From the NCBI GenBank assembly GCA_030529725.1, contig JAUMWI010000002.1:13639-77638 (forward strand): a stretch of DNA of 64,000 bases, read 5' to 3'. The DNA comes from Eubacteriales bacterium (lineage in GTDB: Bacteria; Bacillota; Clostridia; Oscillospirales; Oscillospiraceae). Below the pieces are notes generated by a model. That model was not told where the DNA came from and made no database searches. It saw only the letters and a list, made by a program, of their open reading frames with translations. The translations under genes and the position numbers were made by a program. Each line of letters begins with the position of its first letter. Positions within the stretch are counted from its first letter, which is position 1. Positions 26,647 through 32,502 of the stretch are shown here, in pieces.

Positions 26647-27408
26647 TCACATACCGGGCAGCGCAACGCGGTGGTCGAGCATGACGCGCCCGAAGCAGAC
26701 GAGGGTGCGTCCCGAACCGGCGCCGAACACCACGTCGGCATCTTCACGCGCACGGTTGAGCGAAAAGAGATAGGTCATGCCGAGCGGATCGCGGTAGTAC
26801 TGTTTGCAGAGCATGTCACCGTCCACGCAGAAGATCCCTACATCTCCGTTTTGCAGCGCCTCGCGGTTGACATACACGATGCTGCCGTTGGCAATGTGCG
26901 GCTCCATGGAGTCGCCCTGAATCCGCACGGCAAACTCTGCGCCGCACGGCACGGACTCATCACAGGTGAGGTAGTCAAAATCCTCCCCAAACACCGGCGA
27001 AGCGAAGCCGGCGGCGGCAGGGGAGCGGTAGAGCGGAATGCGGCGCGGCTCAAAATCAACCAGCCTGCCGACATCGCGCGAAAGCTCGTTGCGATATTCG
27101 CACAGTGCGTCCACCACGGCGTGTACCGTCCGGCAGCCGATCGGAGAGAGCGAGCGGCATTTCTCAATTAGCTCGCGCTCCTTCGGCGTGCAGGTGAAAC
27201 TGGCGGAACGGAACGAATCCTGATAGAGATAGTTCGGCTCAACCTGCAGCGCGTCAAAAAGACGCAGAAGAATTTCTCCTTTGGGAGAGCTTAAATCGTT
27301 TTCATAGTTGCTGATAGCAGATGGGGAAACACCGAGCTCCTCGGCAAGCGTATTACGGGGAAGACCCAGCTCCTCACGGCGCAGACGCATCTGTTTTCCG
27401 AAACTCAT
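26647..27408 (-). CDS. XRE-HTH / S24 LexA-like autocleavable repressor
   Basis: Start MSFGKQMRLRREELGL follows an AGGAGG RBS. HTH_3 domain at the N-terminus. S24 motifs GDSMEP and a downstream Lys. Possible AAG cleavage site. Confidence 0.85.
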   Translation of the reverse strand: MSFGKQMRLRREELGLPRNTLAEELGVSPSAISNYENDLSSPKGEILLRLFDALQVEPNYLYQDSFRSASFTCTPKERELIEKCRSLSPIGCRTVHAVVDALCEYRNELSRDVGRLVDFEPRRIPLYRSPAAAGFASPVFGEDFDYLTCDESVPCGAEFAVRIQGDSMEPHIANGSIVYVNREALQNGDVGIFCVDGDMLCKQYYRDPLGMTYLFSLNRAREDADVVFGAGSGRTLVCFGRVMLDHRVALPGM

Positions 27409-27453
27409 GGGAATTACCTCCTGCAAAGCGGTGATTCGACGCATTTCGACAGT

Positions 27454-27482
27454 ATATTACCCTAAAAACTTGTACCTGTCAA
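27454..27482 (-). promoter_or_regulatory. sigma-A-type promoter of the XRE-S24 repressor gene
   Basis: Minus strand TTGACA-17 nt-TAATAT. Confidence 0.6.
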
Positions 27483-27566
27483 TAAATAATAACAAGAATC
27501 TTGTAAAAATATTCTTGACATTACAAGTTTCTTGTGATATGGTAAGAATGCTCACAAGAAACTTGC
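27461..27566. promoter_or_regulatory. phased operator array (ACAAG-N3-CTTGT, 31-bp register)
   Basis: ACAAGAATCTTGT (27492), ACAAGTTTCTTGT (27523) and ACAAGAAACTTGC (27554), plus a half-site ..AAACTTGT (27461). Successive sites start exactly 31 bp apart. Confidence 0.55.
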
Positions 27567-27612
27567 TTTTTGAAAGCTCTTTTACAGCAAGCCTGTTCGC
27601 CATGCAGAGAAT

Positions 27613-27647
27613 GAAAAAACTCCCAAACGCATGTGCGTTTGGGAGTT
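27613..27647 (-). terminator. intrinsic terminator after the DUF975 gene
   Basis: 13-bp stem AACTCCCAAACGC / GCGTTTGGGAGTT with a T-run on the minus strand. Confidence 0.8.
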
Positions 27648-27662
27648 GCGTGTACGGGATCG

Positions 27663-28262
27663 TCAAATAATATGGGGCTCTTTGCACAACTCGGCATAAA
27701 ACTGCGCTTTTGCGGCTTTGTGATAGGGCGCCACCCAGAGCGTACCGAGTCCGAAGCACAGCGAGCCGAGAAGATACCAGCCGATAAAGCTCAGGTCAAG
27801 CAGGAACAGATCCAGCTTGTGATCGTTCATCATGGCGGCGCTTTCGTTCAGGCACTGACGCCAGTCATATTCGGGATGATCGCGCTTGATGTAGTAAATC
27901 AGTGCCCAGGAGTAGCTTTTGACGATGCCGGGGATGACGAGCAGCAGCGACCACAGCGCAATGAAGAGCGAGGAGAGGAAACCGAGCAGAAACAGCTCGC
28001 CGAAGTCGGAGGAGAATCCGGAGAACAGCGTACCGATCTCCATCGGCGAACCGCTGCGCGCCTGATCGAGGAACAACCGGGCGCTGCCGTATTCGATCGC
28101 GCCAAAGATGAGCAGTGCACCCAGACCGGGGACGACGGTGGCTGCTCCCGCGGTGATCGCGCCGACGATTGCGCACGCGAGCAGCGCCATCAGCCAGGCG
28201 TTGGAAAAGAGCTTGTTGCCAAGCTGCGCTCTGGCTTTTTGTTTCAGTTCCTGATTGGACAT
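27663..28262 (-). CDS. DUF975 family membrane protein
   Basis: MSNQELKQKARAQLGNKLFSNAWLMALL is the typical DUF975 N-terminus. ATG at 28262 with an AGAGG RBS (the track start at 28268 is TTG). Confidence 0.8.
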   Translation of the reverse strand: MSNQELKQKARAQLGNKLFSNAWLMALLACAIVGAITAGAATVVPGLGALLIFGAIEYGSARLFLDQARSGSPMEIGTLFSGFSSDFGELFLLGFLSSLFIALWSLLLVIPGIVKSYSWALIYYIKRDHPEYDWRQCLNESAAMMNDHKLDLFLLDLSFIGWYLLGSLCFGLGTLWVAPYHKAAKAQFYAELCKEPHII

Positions 28263-28380
28263 AGACAAAAACCTCTTTCTTTATATATTTATCTGCCATT
28301 ATACAGGAGTCGGAGAAAGAAAGCAAGAAAAAGACGCCGTGCAGATGCGAACAAATCTGCACGGCGCGAGAAAGGAGAAA

Positions 28381-29766
28381 TTACTTTTTCAGCCCCTTGG
28401 TGGTAGACAAAACCATACCGGTCAGGGCAAACAGGGCAATGGCGTTCGGGAGGACCATGAGATTGTTAAATACATCGGTCAGTTCCCAAACGAGATCGTT
28501 GGAGGTGAGTGTGCCAAGGAAAATGAACACCAGCGAGATTGCGGTGTAGATCTTAGTGGCCTTTTTGCCGAACAACCACTCTGTATTGATCTTGCCGAAG
28601 AGATTCCAGCTCAAAACGGTGGAAAATGCAAAGAAGAACAGTGCAACGGCAACAAACATGGCACCGGTGCGCTCACCGAAGACCACACCGAAGGCCGTCT
28701 GCGCAAGGCTTGCCTTTGTAAGCCCCGAGGCGGCGACTGCACCGCACTCGGCAAGCGGGCCGTCGGGCGTGTAGAGCGTGCAGATGATAACGAGTGCATT
28801 GAGCGTGAGGACAACGAAGGTGTCAATAAACACACCGATCATGGCAACACAGCCCTGATCGTGGGGAGTTGCCACGTTGGCAAGCGCGTGGGCGTGCGGA
28901 GTGGAGCCCATACCGGCCTCGTTGGAGAACAGGCCGCGCTTGGCACCCTGGGAAATGGCGGTTTTGAGGGCAGCACCGACGCCGCCGCCGATAATGGCCT
29001 GCGGAGTAAAGGCGTACTTAAAGATCATGGCAAATGTTGCAGGGACATACTGAATACGGGCAACAATAACGATCAGACCGCCGAGCAGGAACAAGGCTGC
29101 CATAATGGGAACGACTTTCTCCGTTACGGAGGCGAGACGCTGCACGCCGCCAAGGAAAATAAAGCCGCAGATCAAAACAAGGATCACGCCGACAACCCAG
29201 GAGGGAATTCCGAATGCGGTATTCATCGTGGAGCCGATGGAATTAGACTGGACCATGCAGCCCATAAAACCGAGGGCGAGGGTGATAGCGATAGCAAAGA
29301 AGCTGGCAAGGAACTTACCGAAGCCGCCCTTGAATGCGGTGGTGATGTAGTAAACGGGGCCGCCCTGAATTTCGCCGTCCGCATTCTTGATGCGGGTCTG
29401 CTGGGCAAGCGTGGCCTCCGCGTAGATGGTGGCCATGCCGAAGAATGCGATTACCCACATCCAGAAGATTGCGCCGGGGCCGCCGGTAAGGATCGCGCCG
29501 GAAGCGCCGACAATGTTGCCGGTGCCGACCTGCGCGGCGATGGCGGTGGCAAGCGCCTGGAAGGAGCTCATGCCGCTCTCGTGTTTTCTGCCTTTGAGTG
29601 TGAGATTGCCGAATACCTTGTGCATCCCCTCGCCAAAGCAGCGGATCTGAACAAAGCGGGTGCGGATCGTGTACCACAGACCAACGCCGACAAGCAGGAA
29701 CACAAGAACATAGTCAGAGAGATATGTGTTGACGGTTTGCGCAATTTTGAGCAGTGTTGCTTCCAT
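28381..29766 (-). CDS. alanine/glycine:cation symporter (AGCS family)
   Basis: Start MEATLLKIAQTVNTYLSDYVL follows a GGAGGAAA RBS. FQALATAIAAQVGTGNIVG and GLFSNEAGMGS are AGCS signatures. 461 aa. Confidence 0.9.
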   Translation of the reverse strand: MEATLLKIAQTVNTYLSDYVLVFLLVGVGLWYTIRTRFVQIRCFGEGMHKVFGNLTLKGRKHESGMSSFQALATAIAAQVGTGNIVGASGAILTGGPGAIFWMWVIAFFGMATIYAEATLAQQTRIKNADGEIQGGPVYYITTAFKGGFGKFLASFFAIAITLALGFMGCMVQSNSIGSTMNTAFGIPSWVVGVILVLICGFIFLGGVQRLASVTEKVVPIMAALFLLGGLIVIVARIQYVPATFAMIFKYAFTPQAIIGGGVGAALKTAISQGAKRGLFSNEAGMGSTPHAHALANVATPHDQGCVAMIGVFIDTFVVLTLNALVIICTLYTPDGPLAECGAVAASGLTKASLAQTAFGVVFGERTGAMFVAVALFFFAFSTVLSWNLFGKINTEWLFGKKATKIYTAISLVFIFLGTLTSNDLVWELTDVFNNLMVLPNAIALFALTGMVLSTTKGLKK

Positions 29767-29781
29767 GTGTAGATTTCCTCC

Positions 29782-29817
29782 AAAAAAATAAAGAGCTACT
29801 GAATGCATCAGCAACTC
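29782..29817 (-). terminator. expression-platform terminator of the glycine riboswitch
   Basis: Minus strand GAGTTGCTGA-TGCAT-TCAGTAGCTC (10 bp, 2 G-U pairs) followed by TTTATTTTTTT, just upstream of the RBS. Confidence 0.7.
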
Positions 29818-29849
29818 CGGAGAAAAGAACACGAACAAGCAGACAACAG

Positions 29850-29960
29850 CTTGTATTCTCCGTCCTTTTGCCTGAGAGATTCGGTTTCACCAGAAAACCT
29901 TGCACCTTCGGCACCCATCACTGGGATTCTCCAGAGTTTCCTCCGCCCTCTGTTTCCAAA
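29850..29960 (-). promoter_or_regulatory. glycine riboswitch (single aptamer)
   Basis: Minus strand CTCTGGAGAATCCC...GGGTGCCGAAGGTGCAAGG...ATCTCTCAGGCAAAAGGACGGAG matches the conserved glycine aptamer core. Confidence 0.85.
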
Positions 29961-30006
29961 CGGATTCAAAAGGCATCAAAGGAACGATTGACTTTTCAGT
30001 AAAGCC

Positions 30007-30035
30007 ATTGTAGCACAACGGTACCGGCTTTGCAA
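30007..30035 (-). promoter_or_regulatory. sigma-A-type promoter of the riboswitch-AGCS transcript
   Basis: Minus strand TTGCAA-17 nt-TACAAT with an extended -10 TG. Confidence 0.6.
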
Positions 30036-30108
30036 TGCGTTTGCGTTATGCGTTTTTGGCAAAAAACTTTCATTTTTACACCGTTTTGCAAAGGATAACA
30101 AAAATCCA

Positions 30109-30150
30109 CAAAAAAATACCCGAGCTATGCACATAAGCACACCTCGGGTA
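30109..30150 (-). terminator. intrinsic terminator following the tRNA-like element
   Basis: Minus strand stem TACCCGAG / CTCGGGTA (18-nt loop) followed by TTTTTTT. Confidence 0.6.
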
Positions 30151-30152
30151 TT

Positions 30153-30251
30153 TGGTGGGAGAAGGTGGATTCGCTTTTCTGCGGAAAAGCCACGCCGGTT
30201 GCAAGGTGCCACCGGCACCTTGCCAAGAGCCGGCTTTCGAATCCAGCTATG
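30153..30251 (-). ncRNA. structured tRNA-like element ending in a copy of the tRNA-Tyr 3' end (function unknown; possible att scar)
   Basis: A ~10-bp outer stem (GCTGGATTCG / CGAATCCACC, 1 mismatch) encloses two hairpins: a 10-bp GCAAGGTGCC/GGCACCTTGC inside GCCGG/CCGGC, and a 7-bp GCTTTTC/GAAAAGC. The 3' tail is CCTTCTCCCACCA. No matching 5' acceptor strand is present. Confidence 0.4.
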
Positions 30252-30289
30252 CAAAAAAATATTGCCGAACCGAAGAAGCGGTTCAGCAA
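30252..30289 (-). terminator. intrinsic terminator after tRNA-Tyr
   Basis: Minus strand stem TTGCTGAACCG / CGGTTCGGCAA followed by TATTTTTTT. Confidence 0.7.
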
Positions 30290-30293
30290 TATT

Positions 30294-30378
30294 TGGTGGG
30301 GGAAGGTGGATTCGAACCACCGAAGTCACTGACAACAGATTTACAGTCTGCCCCCTTTGGCCACTCGGGAATTCCCCC
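30294..30378 (-). tRNA. tRNA-Tyr (anticodon GTA)
   Basis: Hand-folded: acceptor GGGGGAA/TTCCCCC, anticodon arm GCAGA-CTGTAAA-TCTGT, 13-nt variable arm, T arm GGTGG-TTCGAAT-CCACC, encoded CCA. Confidence 0.92.
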
Positions 30379-30398
30379 ATATAAAATTACAGTGTTTG

Positions 30399-30474
30399 TG
30401 GAGCTGGTGGACGGATTCGAACCCCCGACCTGCTGATTACAAATCAGCTGCTCTACCAGCTGAGCTACACCAGC
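30399..30474 (-). tRNA. tRNA-Thr (anticodon TGT)
   Basis: Hand-folded: acceptor GCTGGTG/CACCAGC, D arm GCTC-AGCTGGTA-GAGC, anticodon arm GCTGA-TTTGTAA-TCAGC, encoded CCA. The T stem has one G-G mismatch. Confidence 0.85.
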
Positions 30475-30492
30475 ATCTCAGCAACGAAGTGA

Positions 30493-30521
30493 ATATTAAC
30501 AGATTTGTCGGGCTTTGTCAA
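30493..30521 (-). promoter_or_regulatory. sigma-A-type promoter of the tRNA-Thr/tRNA-Tyr operon
   Basis: Minus strand TTGACA-17 nt-TAATAT. Confidence 0.7.
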
Positions 30522-30552
30522 GCCATATTTTTAAAATTAGGAGGAAAAGTTT

Positions 30553-30756
30553 TTGCACTTTAAAACAGCAAAGAATCCTGCAGCCAAACGGGACATGCCG
30601 CGAGCGGTCTGTTCGCTGTGCGCGCAGGATATTTACCTGGGTGAGCGTGCCTGGCGCTGCAACGGGGTGACCGTTTGTCGGGACTGCTTTATGCAGTTTG
30701 CACGCGGCATGCTGGAACCGTTTGAGATTATGTTGGGAGAGGAGACGGAAAAATGA
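30553..30756 (+). CDS. small Cys-rich (CxxC...CxxC zinc-ribbon-like) hypothetical protein
   Basis: TTG start 8 nt after AGGAGG. Contains CSLC...CNGVTVCRDC. Its stop overlaps the next start (ATGA). Confidence 0.55.
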   Translation: MHFKTAKNPAAKRDMPRAVCSLCAQDIYLGERAWRCNGVTVCRDCFMQFARGMLEPFEIMLGEETEK

Positions 30757-30986
30757 CGCTATATCAGATGTCTTTTGTATACCGCGAAGATGCGCTGCGC
30801 TTCCGTATGCGCATCACTGCACTGCGGGAGCAGGCAAAATCTGCCGAGACAGACGAGGAAGCACGAGCACTCAGACGCCGCATTGAGGAACTGCAGGTGC
30901 TGCTGCGCCAGTCGCGCGAGCTGGCGGAGCTGACACAGCACTATTATGAGAGGAGCTATTACCGCAATGCAAAATACACCTTATAG
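30753..30986 (+). CDS. small helical/coiled-coil hypothetical protein
   Basis: 77 aa with a GGAGAGGAGA RBS. Arg/Glu/Leu-rich heptad-like sequence. Translationally coupled to both neighbours. Confidence 0.55.
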   Translation: MTLYQMSFVYREDALRFRMRITALREQAKSAETDEEARALRRRIEELQVLLRQSRELAELTQHYYERSYYRNAKYTL

Positions 30987-31263
30987 TATCCGCAATAATG
31001 AAGTGTACGGCGATATGGCGGCGTGGATGCAGGCCAATGCGGAGGACAATGAAAGTGATGTACGCCGTCTCAAGCGAAATCTGCGTCTTGCCCGCGAGGA
31101 AGAGCTTACTCCGCGCCAGCGTCAGCTGATGCAAATGCGGTACGAGGAGAACATGAGCGTCACGCAGATTGCCGATGCGTTGGGGCTCGATAAGTCAACA
31201 GTTTCGCGTACCATTACGCGAGCAAAGCAACGACTCTATAAGTGTTTAAGGTACTGCCTGTAG
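30967..31263 (+). CDS. sigma-70 region-4-type HTH protein (small, stand-alone)
   Basis: LTPRQRQLMQMRYEENMSVTQIADALGLDKSTVSRTITRAKQRL is a region-4 HTH. I prefer the ATG at 30967 (GAGGAG RBS) over 30946. Confidence 0.7.
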   Translation: MQNTPYSIRNNEVYGDMAAWMQANAEDNESDVRRLKRNLRLAREEELTPRQRQLMQMRYEENMSVTQIADALGLDKSTVSRTITRAKQRLYKCLRYCL

Positions 31264-31362
31264 GAAAAATAAACTTTTTGTGACAATTACATAGTTTTTA
31301 CTTGACATTTTTGTGCGAAAGAATAAAATACGGGTACTAAGGATCAAAAACAGAGAGGAGAT

Positions 31363-32253
31363 ATGGTCGTGCTACATAAGACTTTGGAAAACCGGTGGCT
31401 GCGCATTGTGATCGGCGTGTTCGCCACATTCTGCTACGCGCTTGGCGTTAATTTCTTTATTGTCCCGATGAACCTTTATTCCAGCGGCCTGCTCGGTATG
31501 TGCCAGGTGATCCGGACGGTGCTGGTGAAGACGATGGGACTCTCCGCAACGGTGGACTTTTCCGGTATTTTGTACCTGATCATCAACATTCCGATTTTAC
31601 TGCTTGCGTGGCGCTCAATGGGAAAGGGCTTCCTGATGCGGACACTGATCTGTACGGTGGCATCCTCCCTGTTTCTGAGTCTTCTGCACGCTCCGGCAAC
31701 GCCCATTTTGGAAGAGCGTCTTGCATCCTGCGTGGTCGGCGGCATTATCTGCGGTTTTTCCCTCGGGCTGACGCTTACCTGTGGCTGCTCCTCGGGCGGA
31801 CTGGACGTGATCGGACTTTGGCTGACGAAAAAGGGCAGCAGCTTCACGGTCGGACGTTTTTCTATGAGCTTTAATGTGGTGCTGTATGTCGTTTGCGCCA
31901 TTCTTTTCGATATTCCCACGGTGATCTACTCTATTATATATATGGTATTCGTCTCGCTCTTCATTGACCGTGCCCACCAGCAGGGGATCAGCGATCAGGT
32001 GCTGATCTTTACGAAGGACGAGGACCCTGAGCTGCCGCGCAATATTATGACGCGCCTCGGCCGCGGTCTGACCTATTGGGACGGTAAGGGTGCCTATACA
32101 GGCAGCAACCTGCGCGTGCTGTGCGTGTGCGTGTCCAAGTTCGAGGAGGCGGAGCTTAGGGAGATCGTGCGTGAGTTGGATCCGCATGCGTTCTTTATCG
32201 TACAGGAGGGCGTGCGGATTGAGGGAAACTTTGTCCGGAAAGTCTCCGGATAA
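31363..32253 (+). CDS. YitT-family membrane protein (DUF2179 C-terminal domain)
   Basis: 296 aa. Membrane core with GLLGMCQV... followed by a soluble C-terminal domain (GKGAYTGSNLRVLCVCVSKFE). Confidence 0.85.
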   Translation: MVVLHKTLENRWLRIVIGVFATFCYALGVNFFIVPMNLYSSGLLGMCQVIRTVLVKTMGLSATVDFSGILYLIINIPILLLAWRSMGKGFLMRTLICTVASSLFLSLLHAPATPILEERLASCVVGGIICGFSLGLTLTCGCSSGGLDVIGLWLTKKGSSFTVGRFSMSFNVVLYVVCAILFDIPTVIYSIIYMVFVSLFIDRAHQQGISDQVLIFTKDEDPELPRNIMTRLGRGLTYWDGKGAYTGSNLRVLCVCVSKFEEAELREIVRELDPHAFFIVQEGVRIEGNFVRKVSG

Positions 32254-32265
32254 AAAAGAATTGCA

Positions 32266-32305
32266 AGAAACTGTGCTTTTCGCGAAAAAGCACAGTTTCT
32301 TTTTG
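32266..32305 (+). terminator. intrinsic terminator after the yitT-like gene
   Basis: 15-bp stem AGAAACTGTGCTTTT / AAAAGCACAGTTTCT plus TTTT. Confidence 0.8.
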
Positions 32306-32502
32306 CAAGCTGCGCTGCATTTGTTCAATTTATATGAACAATAGGAAAGTTTCATTGATTTTTTGTTGCTTTTCGAAAAAAAGTGTGATACTGTACGAAC
32401 TAATCTTTTTTTGTTTGCGGCGAATAATGGGAAAGAGCAGAAGACATCTTGAAAACTGCATAGAATAGAACACAGATAAGATATCCAAGGAGGTATTTGT
32501 GA

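Noticed and set aside
27601-27669. 22-aa ORF MQRMKKLPNACAFGSCVYGIVK downstream of the plus-strand promoter-like element
   Set aside because: It has no SD sequence. Half of it is simply the translation of the DUF975 terminator hairpin. I do not treat it as a peptide gene.
28255-29772. Plus-strand ORF of 505 aa
   Set aside because: It is antisense to the AGCS symporter gene, which has clear family motifs and a riboswitch leader on the other strand.
30153-30251. The tRNA-like element as a complete tRNA, tmRNA or SRP RNA
   Set aside because: It has no 5' acceptor strand, D arm or anticodon arm. It is far too short for tmRNA. It lacks the SRP domain IV motif (GGAA..AGCA symmetric loop). It stays an unclassified element.
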